Assembly: GCF_910592395.1 (NCBI RefSeq)
Contig: NC_088308.1
Coordinates: 1,674,001 to 1,738,000 of the forward strand
DNA from: Lineus longissimus
Taxonomy: Eukaryota
Direction of reading: 5' to 3'
DNA length: 64,000 nt
Below, one piece after another: positions 27,259 to 40,400 of this stretch. The position numbers and the translations under genes were made by a program. The stretch's first letter is position 1; each line of letters opens with the position of its first letter. The notes under the pieces are model-generated. The model was given only the letters and a program-made list of their open reading frames with translations, was not told the DNA's origin and searched no databases.

Positions 27259-28397
27259 TGAATTCTGTCACCAGCTTGACCATCCTATTTACTTTCCATT
27301 TAGATTCTTAGACCAATTTTAAAAAGGCCTTTTATTGTCATAATTATTAAACCATCTGCGACAGGCCTAGCTCATGGAATTGAAAGAACTTTGATTTTAT
27401 CAACCAGTTCTTTTTTACTTTCCATGTGCCAATCTAGATCGATCTGTAAACAGTCTTTATGAGAGTAATTAGGAAGCCATCTGCGGAGGGACAGGTGATG
27501 GAATTCCAAGATGTGCGATTGCTATCGTCCAGGATTTGATAATTGCGGGCATTGATCGGTCAAATTCCGACTAATAAACGCAGTATCATCTTAAAAATCT
27601 TAATTGCACATATCTGGAAGAATCAAATACCCTTTCATAATTTCAATATTTGACGTCATGATTATATCAATTAGCTGCGTTTGCAGTCTTCATCCTATTG
27701 TTCGGTCAGATTCAATTAAGATGAGGCTATTAAATTGGGTCTCAGGCCTGGGCGACTTCACTTTCTACCTTGCCAGTCAAGGGAGACGGACAGCAGAAGC
27801 AGACTTTCTCGAGAAACCGTCAACCAACAAACTTCGGAAGTTGGTAGGTAGTTTTACTCTGAATTCTTTCATCCCAAATTTATTTTCTTGAATATTTCAA
27901 ACAAAATCTACAAATTTCTTATTTCCATTTGCAAGTAGGCATTTATTCTCCATTTTGTTGGTCCAACATTGGCATCTCAATTTTTTCAAAAGTCTAAATT
28001 TTTTCCTATAACTTAACCGCCCGTAATATATGTACTTTTCCCAATTCTTTATTTAAATAAACCTTCGGCCTCATTTACAGAGGAATTGGTCCCTATATCA
28101 TGGGATCAACAGAAAGATTTATAAAAAAAGTTCAAACTTGACATGATTTGATCGAACGAATAAGTTGGCAAGGCAAACAAGATTTCTCGAAAATGCCGTA
28201 AATGTTTTGTCTTAAATATATTTCTTCTGTTCTTATGCGTCAAGTGACGTCTAATTTGTCTTTAAACCACAAATATATTTACCCTAATATAGCATATTTT
28301 TGATACACCTACAGGCACTACCAGAATATAATTGTCTTTTGTCAAAATGATGCAAACTTACACAAGATTTGTTGTTATAGGTCGTGGAAATAGAGAG

Positions 28398-28452
28398 ATG
28401 AATTCGTCGATTTTGGCAGCATTTTTGCTGCTGGTGCTGGCAGCATGGACGG
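28398..28452 (+). CDS. Signal-peptide exon of the giant gene (MNSSILAAFLLLVLAAWT|AAEG)
   Basis: ATG, hydrophobic core, G|gtaagt donor; splices to 28574 giving AAEG-EKSYC, a plausible A-x-G cleavage site. An acceptor at 28380/28381 implies an upstream 5'-UTR exon. Confidence 0.88.
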
Positions 28453-31400
28453 GTAAGTCAACATCATCTGACTTTCCAACAAAATGCAAATAATTTACAA
28501 TTGAAGTTACTTTGTAGATCCATGATGAAAACGTTTGATCCATTTTAAGTGCACTGTGATTAATTTTTTGCAGCCGCTGAAGGTGAAAAATCCTACTGCG
28601 ATAAGACACCGACTGGATACCGTAAGTTTTGCCACCGACACTCAGAAGTCAGCTGTTCTGCGAAGTCTTTCATGCTGCATCTTGATATACGAGTCACAGG
28701 CAGTCTTGATGCTCATGAGTGAACTGAAAGGCTCAAGCTTTCAACGAGTTCCCTTTGCGCTAGACAATGTAATTCTCTGATGAGGCTCTACGGTAGTTGA
28801 AAACTCATGACTGTTGTCCAAAATATGTAAAAAAAAATACGAACGTGTAAGCTCAGCACTACATTAGCCATTCCGTAACCATCTATTAATCTATTTTCGA
28901 GGAGATATGAGGCGACTAGTTCAGTTTTGCAATTTCCTTCAAAAAACCACATTAAAAGTAATTTATTTCGTCTCTTAGCCGAACTCTGTTCTTGTGCGTT
29001 CCGACATTGCAAGGCAGAATGCGCCGGAAATACCATCTGGACAATGAGGAACGTCAAGTTGAAGATTTGCATCCTCTACTGTGGCTTCAACCGAAGGTGT
29101 AAGGCGGTTCAGTACAGGAAAAGGCAGTGTACCTTAAAGTATCGTGTCTGCCGTGCTTGCGATTTGAAAAAGAAGGGAAACCGCTCCTACCATCTGTATA
29201 CCAAGCTAGGTAAGTATTATATAGAGTTTGCTCACATTTCTAAAAAATTTTAAAAGTATGATTGCAGTTTTATAATTTTATGCAATTGCAAACCATTTAA
29301 GAATTTGAACTTGATGGATAGCCCTAGGTTTTTCAAATTCTAGTTCCCGACATTTTCGAACGACGGTTCTTCATTTTGTCAGTTAAAAAAAAATCAAGTT
29401 GAGAGTTAAGCGTAAACTAGCTCTGTTAACAATATCGGGTTATAGAAATGTGAAGTAGAAGGAAACCAGAGACCCCGGCGGAAAGAGTCGCCCTTTCTAT
29501 GACATGAGTGCAACATGAGAGCAATGAAACTGGAATTCTGAGCCTTTGGCGCTGGGATGGAGAGTCGAACTCGTAAACCAGTATATGCCACCGCCCACAT
29601 CACGTTTTTAAATTTTGTGTTTCAGGTCGATGCCGATCACGAGGTATGCAAAACAGACAACACACACGGTTGTCTTTATTGATTAAAACCTAACCTAACC
29701 TAACCTAACCTAACCTAACCTAACCTAACCTAACCTAACCTAACCTAACCTAACCTAACCTAACCTAACCTAACCTAACCTAACCTAACCTAACCTAACC
29801 TAACCTAACCTAACCTAACCTAACCTAACCTAACCTAACCTAACCTAACCTAACCTAACCTAACCTAACCTAACCTAACCTAACCTAATCTAAATAAACT
29901 TAACTTAATAAAACTAATTAAAAGTAAACAAAACTGAAGTAACTAATCATTAGACATTACGGTGATTTGAGAAATATACACGTGCATCTGTGAGATTCGA
30001 ATGAAATGCAATGAAATACAATCAAAGCGTAGTACATAATATCATATCAAATCAAAAATGTGACAGCAGGGACGTTTATACAATGGATCGATAACTTGAC
30101 TTTAAGTAAAATAAGCCGGTAGGTTACTCAATAATCTGACAGTTGTTTGAAAGTCTTAAGAGCTTGAATATATGAAATTCAGAATCTTAACAGTACTTGA
30201 TGTATGTTTAAGTATATATCGATTATAGATTTGTCCCTTATTTTTTTGCTCTTGTGTAGAATTTAAGTGCAGAAGCCGAGGCGGCCAGTGTAAGGGCGTC
30301 AATGCCTGTAAACGCCGCATACCTGTGAAAGGAGTTTGCCCAGGACGCTTAGTCTGTTGTCGAGGAACTGCATGCTCCCGCGGTTACGTTCGCCGATACA
30401 ACGGAAGTCAATGGCAATGCCTACTAAGTGAGTATCATCTGCTTTCTTAAATTAACGCATGTGTTGACAGTTTTGTTTGAGCGCAGTAAGGCGAAAAATA
30501 ACACAACGGATAACGAAACCAGACGTGCCCGCACGGTATAGTAGAAAGTCAAGGTGCTTAAAACTTGAAAATTTGTTATTTTCCCTCCAAATTTCATGTT
30601 CTGTCAGTTTACAGTAATCCACAGAGCATAAAACTATGATGATAAACATGAAATTAAATTGAAGTACTAAAGGTATAGAAGGCGAAATAAGTCACCTTGT
30701 ATTACTTTCATCTTAAGATCAGAAAGCACTGGCAAACGTATGAACTCAAAATTTGGCCAATAAACGTTTCTGCTGCTCCACGGAGTTATGTTAGCGTTAT
30801 TAACATTATGATTGTCCAAGGACTGTGTACTCATGATGGGATCCTGTAACTAATCTGTTTTTGTTTCTTCAGAATGCGGCAGTGGTTACCAACATGTCTT
30901 TAGTTCAGGAAGATGGAAATGCGTCAGACGCTTCGGTTAGTTACATGTATAAGCTCATATCATACTTCTATAAACCTCCTTTTTTCGGATTTCACAAATA
31001 ACTTTCCTTTGATGATAATACACGTTTTCTCATAGATTAATCTTGTCCTTCAAGTAAGATGGCTACTTTCACGAGCAGTATCTTGATGAAACACCCTGTT
31101 TCTTTTGGTACGCTGATCAATGGGAATCTTTCGAAAGCATGAAAACAAATAAAAATGTGAAAAACCCAATTCCCAATTAACAAATATTCTTATAAAAATT
31201 TTTAGGATGTCGCAAGGGTTTCAGACGTGTATTCGTTCTAGGAAAATGGAAATGCGTTAAACGTGAGTTATCCGTTGGTTTCCTCGTTTAGTAAGCCATG
31301 CATGTTTCAAGCGGTAATCTCATATATATATATACACCTGTTTTCATCCATTGTCTCATCTTATACGTTGAATATTTCCGCGTAGTCGTCAAATAACTAA

Positions 31401-34400
31401 ACTGTGATGCGTGCGTTGACAATGGTTATCATGATACTGGATTTGAACAATTGATAGACCCCTGACTAAACAATGAGTTTTCTCTTCTAAGGTTGTCCCC
31501 GTGGTTTCCGCCGTGTTTTCTTCAACGGGGTATGGAGATGCATTAACCGTGAGTTATCAATTTGTTTCCTCAAATAAATCGTCTCGTTTAGATAAGTACA
31601 TAAAAAATAGGATATGAGACCTTTTTATGACCTGCACGTATACCCAATCTGAGTAATCGTAAATTTAGTACCCATGTGTTCTGCGTAAGTGGTGACCAAG
31701 ATCCCTGTCACAACTGCTTTTGAATCATAGCGTGTCTATTGTTTTGTATAAACTCATATTCAGGCATTTTTCGCTGATTTAACAATGTGGCCTTACATGA
31801 AATGAACCGGCATTTTCTCTTTCTAGGATGCGGACGTGGTTACCGGCTAAGTTATGTCAGGGAGAAATGGTCATGCATACGACGTAAGTTACACAGTCAT
31901 TTTGTACGGCTTCGTGAATCGATTACATCTCTTATGCTGTGTTTTATCTCCTGGCTTAAACATACATTATATGGAACTGACCATAGTTTTCAGAACCTAG
32001 AACAAGTAGAGATTATTCTAATGGCGCCAAGTGGCGTTTAAACCAAGTGAGTTGAGTTGAGTGATGAAAATACATGCTCATGACACTCATTCAGTGAGTC
32101 GAATACTTTTACCGGAGTTATCTGATTAATACAGAATCACTAGTGATTTGAACGATGATGAATGAAATGTTTTTATCATTGAAGATTTATCTGCATATTT
32201 AATATTCATTACACTTCACCAATGCCAAACATGTAATGATGGATTCGATTTTGTCTGCAGAGACATTTGATGTCTGCCTTAGCAAAACGTTTAAAAAATT
32301 ATCTCTTCAGGATGCGGAGTTGGTTACCGTCGAACATATTTCAAGGGAGGGTGGAAATGCAGTAAAAGTGAGTACACTATAGCCTATATCTGTGTTGGCA
32401 AAATTTGATAACCCCCTCCGATCCTACTCCGAGAAACTCCGTACCATCAGCAATTCTCGCATACTGTATCGGACGTTTAAAATAACGTACTCAAGAAACG
32501 TTTGACATGCATGTAAGAATGCAACGTTTTGTGACAACGTCTAACCTAAAATTGATTTTGAACTTCTATCATGTCTTACCACAAGCCCCGATAATGTTTA
32601 TTAATATAATCTTCCTTTCCCTTTCATACAGAATGCAGCAGAGGATTCAATCTTTTATTCGTTGGAGGGAAATTGCGATGCATCAAACATCCAATCCGTG
32701 AGTTATTGATTCAGGTCATGTACATGTACATGTACATCAAGGTGTAAATAATTCTTCCTTTAGACACTCGATTTTGTAATGCAATCGCGATTTAATTTAT
32801 GTTGTACAATCCCTTTTTGTACTGTTATAACCAGTCAACACTTACACCCTTTATTCTCTTTTAATGGACTGGATAACTGTATTTTTCCTGTCCAGTCCTG
32901 CACCAGTAGTTTCGTGTATTTCCACGTATTCAAAATTTCAGTTTTAATTAAAGCACACCTTAGTATACTTTGATATATCATATTTCACCTAGGAAATTCA
33001 AAAAATTGATTGTTGTAGATACAACACAATGTATAGATAACATAAATTATTAGCAAACACAATAGAAAAAGAAAAAAACGTAAAGAGAGACGTAACTTGG
33101 GAAGCAACACCCTGGCCATAAATGCATTTTCTGGGGCAATTCGACTTAGCGAATGTGTTTTAACGATCAACATCCATGTAAAAGATTCTCACCACAATTT
33201 CCAAAAGCAAACCTGCTGGTATTAGTTCCAATAAACTTCCAAGTTTGGAACTACCATAATATCGGTGCTAACTGCCGGAATTCATGAATCCTCCTTTAAA
33301 ACCAGCTGAGTTTAATATGAACAGAAGAGAAGAAAAAAATCGTGATTGTGTTTTGACGATCGACAAATTGTGCTATCTCGGGTAATTTATAGAATAAAAC
33401 GATTGTGATTGTGCAATATCCATCTTACTTCAGTTTGCAGAAGGAAGCGTTGTAGATCGACTAGACAGATATGCAGGTATGGCAGGAAGAAGGTTTACAG
33501 AAACGATCGCCGGGGATGTCGACAGTGTTACCGAGTATGCAAAAGCAAACCTGGTAAGTCCGGTGAATAAACTTTAAGTTGGTAAATTCCGAAATTTCAC
33601 AAACACCTCCTTCAATACCGGAGAAGTTGAATATGAATAGAAGGCATCAAAGAATCGTGATTGTGTTTTAGCGATCCAAATTGTACTATCTTGAGTATAA
33701 TTACCGTCACACTTCAGTTTGCAGAAGGAAGCGTTGCAGATCGACTAGACAGATATGCAGGTATGGCAGGAAGAAGGTTTACAGAAACGATCGCCGGGGA
33801 TGTCGACAGTGTTACCGAGTATGCAAAAGCAAACCTGGTAAGTCCGGTGAATAAACTTTAAGTTGGTAAATTCCGAAATTTCACAAACACCTCCTTCAAT
33901 ACCAGAGAAGTTGAATATGAATAGAAGGCATCAAAGAATCGTGATTGTGTTTTAACGATCCAAATTGTACCATCTTGAGTATAATTACCGTCACACTTCA
34001 GGTTGCAAAAGGAAGCGTTGTGTCTTAAGCAAAAAGATATGCAGGTACGGCAGGAAGACGGTTTACAGAAACGATCGCCAGGGATGTCGACAGTGTTACC
34101 GAGTATGCAAAAGCAAACCTGGTAAGTCTGGTAAATAAAATTGAAGTTGGACCCTATCATGTCAGAGAAATTTCTCAAAGTTAAAAAATCCTCCTAAAAC
34201 TCCAGTTGAGTGTAATATTTATAAAAAGCATGAAAAAAATCGTGATTGTGTTTTGACGATTGACAAATTGTGTTATCTTGGGCCATCTATAGAATAAAAC
34301 TATTGTGATTGTGCAATTTACATCTTACTTCAGTTTGCAGAAGGAAGCGTTGTAGATCGACTAGACAGATATGCAGGTATGGCAGGAAGACGGTTTACAG

Positions 34401-37400
34401 AAACGATCGCCGGGGATGTCGACAGTGTTACCGAGTATGCAAAAGCAAACCTGGTAAGTCCGGTGAATAAACTTTAAGTTGGTAAATTCCGAAATTTCAC
34501 AAACATCTCCTTCAATACCGGAGAAGTTGAATATGAATAGAAGGCATCAAAGAATCGTGATTGTGTTTTAACGATCCAAATTGTACTATCTTGAGTATAA
34601 TTACCGTCACACTTCAGTTTGCAGAAGGAAGCGTTGCAGATCGACTAGACAGATATGCAGGTATGGCAGGAAGACGGTTTACAGAAACGATCGCCGGGGA
34701 TGTCGACAGTGTTACCGAGTATGCAAAAGCAAACCTGGTAAGTCCGGTGAATAAACTTTAAGTTGGTAAATTCCGAAATTTCACAAACACCTCCTTCAAT
34801 ACCAGAGAAGTTGAATATGAATAGAAGGCATCAAAGAATCGTGATTGTGTTTTAACGATCCAAATTGTACCATCTTGAGTATAATTACCGTCACACTTCA
34901 GGTTGCAAAAGGAAGCGTTGTGTCTTAAGCAAAAAGATATGCAGGTACGGCAGGAAGAAGGTTTACAGAAACGATCGCCAGGGATGTCGACAGTGCTACC
35001 GAGTATGCAAAAGCAAACCTGGTAAGTCTGGTAAATAAAATTGAAGTTGGACCCTATCATGTCAGAGAAATTTCTCAAAGTTAAAAAATCCTCCTAAAAC
35101 TCCAGTTGAGTGTAATATTTATAAAAAGCATGAAAAAAATCGTGATTGTGTTTTGACGATTGACAAATTGTGTTATTTTGGGCCATCTATAGAATAAAAC
35201 TATTGTGATTGTGCAATTTCCATCTGACTTCAGTTTGCAGAAGGAAGCGTTGTAGATCGACTAGACAGATATGCAGGTATGGCAGGAAGAAGGTTTACAG
35301 AAACGATCGCCGGGGATGTCGACAGTGTTACCGAGTGTGCAAAAGCAAACCTGGTAAGTCCGGTGAATAAACTTTAAGTTGGTAAATTCCGAAATTTCAC
35401 AAACATCTCCTTCAATACCGGAGAAGTTGAATATGAATAGAAGGCATCAAAGAATCGTGATTGTGTTTTAACGATCCAAATTGTACCATCTTGAGTATAA
35501 TAACCGTCACACTTCAGGTTGCAAAAGGAAGCGTTGTGTCTTAAGCAAAAAGATATGCAGGTACGGCAGGAAGACGGTTTACAGAAACGATCGCCAGGGA
35601 TGTCGACAGTGCTACCGATTATGCAAAAGCAAACCTGGTAAGTCTGGTAAATAAAATTGAAGTTGGACCCTATCATGTCAGAGAAATTTCTCAAAGTTAA
35701 AAAATCCTCCTAAAACTCCAGTTGAGTGTAATATTTATAAAAAGCATGAAAAAAATCGTGATTGTGTTTTGACGATTGACAAATTGTGTTATTTTGGGCC
35801 ATCTATAGAATAAAACTATTGTGATTGTGCAATTTCCATCTTACTTCAGTTTGCAGAAGGAAGCGTTGTAGATCGACTAGACAGATATGCAGGCACGGCA
35901 GGAAGACGGTTTACAGAAACGATCGCCGGGGATGTCGACAGTGTTACCGAGTATGCAAAAGCAAACCTGGTAAGTCCGGTGAATAAACTTTAAGTTGGTA
36001 AATTCCGAAATTTCACAAACATCTCCTTCAATACCGGAGAAGTTGAATATGAATAGAAGGCATCAAAGAATCGTGATTGTGTTTTAACGATCCAAATTGT
36101 ACTATCTTGAGTATAATTACCGTCACACTTCAGTTTGCAGAAGGAAGCGTTGCAGATCGACTAGACAGATATGCAGGTACGGCAGGAAGACGGTTTACAG
36201 AAACGATCGCCGGGGATGTCGACAGTGTTACCGAGTATGCAAAAGCAAACCTGGTAAGTCCGGTGAATAAAATTTAAGTTGGTAAATTCCGAAATTTCAC
36301 AAACACCTCCTTCAATACCGGAGAAGTTGAATATGAATAGAAGGCATCAAAGAATCGTGATTGTGTTTTAACGATCCAAATTGTACCATCTTGAGTATGA
36401 TTACCGTCACACTTCAGGTTGCAAAAGGAAGCGTTGTGTCTTAAGCAAAAAGATATGCAGGTACGGCAGGAAGACGGTTTACAGAAACGATCGCCAGGGA
36501 TGTCGACAGTGCTACCGAGTATGCAAAAGCAAACCTGGTAAGTCTGGTAAATAAAATTGAAGTTGGACCCTATCATGTCAGAGAAATTTCTCAAAGTTAA
36601 AAAATCCTCCTAAAACTCCAGTTGAGTGTAATATTTATAAAAAGCATGAAAAAAATCGTGATTGTATTTTGACGATTGACAAATTGTGTTATCTTGGGCC
36701 ATCTATAGAATAAAACTATTGTGATTGTGCAATTTCCATCTGACTTCAGTGTGCAGAAGGAAGCGTTGTAGATCGACTAGACAGATATGCAGGTACGGCA
36801 GGAAGAAGGTTTACAGAAACGATCGCCGGGGATGTCGACAGTGTTACCGAGTATGCAAAAGCAAACCTGGTAAGTCCGGTGAATAAACTTTAAGTTGGTA
36901 AATTCCGAAATTTCACAAACACCTCCTTCAATACCAGAGAAGTTGAATATGAATAGAAGGCATCAAAGAATCGTGATTGTGTTTTAACGATCCAAATTGT
37001 ACCATCGTGAGTATAATTACCGTCACACTTCAGGTTGCAAAAGGAAGCGTTGTGTCTTAAGCAAAAAGATATGCAGGTACGGCAGGAAGACGGTTTACAG
37101 AAACGATCGCCAGGGATGTCGACAGTGTTACCGAGTATGCAAAAGCAAACCTGGTAAGTCTGGTAAATAAAATTGAAGTTGGACCCTATCATGTCAGAGA
37201 AATTTCTCAAAGTTAAAAAATCCTCCTAAAACTCCAGTTGAGTGTAATATTTATAAAAAGCATGAAAAAAATCGTGATTGTGTTTTGACGATTGACAAAT
37301 TGTGTTATTTTGGGCCATCTATAGAATTAAACTATTGTGATTGTGCAATTTCCATCTGACTTCAGTTTGCAGAAGGAAGCGTTGTAGATCGACTAGACAG

Positions 37401-40400
37401 ATATGCAGGTATGGCAGGAAGAAGGTTTACAGAAACGATCGCCGGGGATGTCGACAGTGTTACCGAGTATGCAAAAGCAAACCTGGTAAGTCCGGTGAAT
37501 AAACTTTAAGTTGGTAAATTCCGAAATTTCACAAACATCTCCTTCAATACCGGAGAAGTTGAATATGAATAGAAGGCATCAAAGAATCGTGATTGTGTTT
37601 TAACGATCCAAATTGTACCATCGTGAGTATAATTACCGTCACACTTCAGGTTGCAAAAGGAAGCGTTGTGTCTTAAGCAAAAAGATATGCAGGTACGGCA
37701 GGAAGACGGTTTACAGAAACGATCGCCAGGGATGTCGACAGTGTTACCGAGTATGCAAAAGCAAACCTGGTAAGTCTGGTAAATAAAATTGAAGTTGGAC
37801 CCTATCATGTCAGAGAAATTTCTCAAAGTTAAAAAATCCTCCTAAAACTCCAGTTGAGTGTAATATTTATAAAAAGCATGAAAAAAATCGTGATTGTGTT
37901 TTGACGATTGACAAATTGTGTTATTTTGGGCCATCTATAGAATAAAACTATTGTGATTGTGCAATTTCCATCTGACTTCAGTTTGCAGAAGGAAGCGTTG
38001 TAGATCGACTAGACAGATATGCAGGTATGGCAGGAAGAAGGTTTACAGAAACGATCGCCGGGGATGCCGACAGTGTTACCGAGTATGCAAAAGCAAACCT
38101 GGTAAGTCCGGTGAATAAACTTTAAGTTGGTAAATTCCGAAATTTCACAAACATCTCCTTCAATACCGGAGAAGTTGAATATGAATAGAAGGCATCAAAG
38201 AATCGTGATTGTGTTTTAACGATCCAAATTGTACTATCTTGAGTATAATTACCGTCACACTTCAGGTTGCAAAAGGAAGCGTTGTGTCTTAAGCAAAAAG
38301 ATATGCAGGTACGGCAGGAAGACGGTTTACAGAAACGATCGCCAGGGATGTCGACAGTGTTACCGAGTATGCAAAAGCAAACCTGGTAAGTCCGGTGAAT
38401 AAACTTTAAGTTGGTAAATTCCGAAATTTCACAAACATCTCCTTCAATACCGGAGAAGTTGAATATGAATAGAAGGCATCAAAGAATCGTGATTGTGTTT
38501 TAACGATCCAAATTGTACTATCTTGAGTATAATTACCGTCACACTTCAGTTTGCAGAAGGAAGCGTTGCAGATCGACTAGACAGATATGCAGGTATGGCA
38601 GGAAGAAGGTTTACAGAAACGATCGCCGGGGATGTCGACAGTGTTACCGAGTATGCAAAAGCAAACCTGGTAAGTCCGGTGAATAAACTTTAAGTTGGTA
38701 AATTCCGAAATTTCACAAACATCTCCTTCAATACCAGAGAAGTTGAATATGAATAGAAGGCATCAAAGAATCGTGATTGTGTTTTAACGATCCAAATTGT
38801 ACCATCTTGAGTATAATTACCGTCACACTTCAGGTTGCAAAAGGAAGCGTTGTGTCTTAAGCAAAAAGATATGCAGGTACGGCAGGAAGACGGTTTACAG
38901 AAACGATCGCCAGGGATGTCGACAGTGCTACCGAGTATGCAAAAGCAAACCTGGTAAGTCTGGTAAATAAAATTGAAGTTGGACCCTATCATGTCAGAGA
39001 AATTTCTCAAAGTTAAAAAATCCTCCTAAAACTCCAGTTGAGTGTAATATTTATAAAAAGCATGAAAAAAATCGTGATTGTGTTTTGACGATTGACAAAT
39101 TGTGTTATTTTGGGCCATCTATAGAATAAAACTATTGTGATTGTGCAATTTCCATCTGACTTCAGTTTGCAGAAGGAAGCGTTGTAGATCGACTAGACAG
39201 ATATGCAGGTATGGCAGGAAGAAGGTTTACAGAAACGATCGCCGGGGATGTCGACAGTGTTACCGAGTATGCAAAAGCAAACCTGGTAAGTCCGGTGAAT
39301 AAACTTTAAGTTGGTAAATTCCGAAATTTCACAAACATCTCCTTCAATACCGGAGAAGTTGAATATGAATAGAAGGCATCAAAGAATCGTGATTGTGTTT
39401 TAACGATCCAAATTGTACTATCTTGAGTATAATTACCGTCACACTTCAGGTTGCAAAAGGAAGCGTTGTGTCTTAAGCAAAAAGATATGCAGGTACGGCA
39501 GGAAGACGGTTTACAGAAACGATCGCCAGGGATGTCGACAGTGCTACCGAGTATGCAAAAGCAAACCTGGTAAGTCTGGTAAATAAAATTGAAGTTGGAC
39601 CCTATCATGTCAGAGAAATTTCTCAAAGTTAAAAAATCCTCCTAAAACTCCAGTTGAGTGTAATATTTATAAAAAGCATGAAAAAAATCGTGATTGTGTT
39701 TTGACGATTGGCAAATTGTGTTATCTTGGGTCATCTATAGAATAAAACGATTGTGATTGTGCAATTTCCATCTGACTTCAGTTTGCAGAAGGAAGCGTTG
39801 TAGAGCGACTAGACAGAAATGCAGGTACGGCAGGAAGAAGGTTTACAGAAACGATCGCCGGGGATGTCGACAGTGTTACCGAGTATGCAAAAGCAAACCT
39901 GGTAAGTCCGGTGAATAAACTTTAAGTTGGTAAATTCCGAAATTTCACAAACATTTCCTTCAATACCGGAGAAGTTGAATATGAATAGAAGGCATCAAAG
40001 AATCGTGATTGTGTTTTAACGATCCAAATTGTACTATCTTGAGTATAATTACCGTCACACTTCAGTTTGCAGAAGGAAGCGTTGTAGATCGACTAGACAG
40101 ATATGCAGGTATGGCAGGAAGAAGGTTTACAGAAACGATCGCCGGGGATGTCGACAGTGTTACCGAGTATGCAAAAGCAAACCTGGTAAGTCCGGTGAAT
40201 AAACTTTAAGTTGGTAAATTCCGAAATTTCACAAACATCTCCTTCAATACCAGAGAAGTTGAATATGAATAGAAGGCATCAAAGAATCGTGATTGTGTTT
40301 TAACGATCCAAATTGTACCATCTTGAGTATAATTACCGTCACACTTCAGGTTGCAAAAGGAAGCGTTGTGTCTTAAGCAAAAAGATATGCAGGTACGGCA

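Noticed and set aside
29545..29600. tRNA-like 3' end on minus (gagttcgactctc...gcgcca)
   Set aside because: No cloverleaf or matching 5' half could be built.
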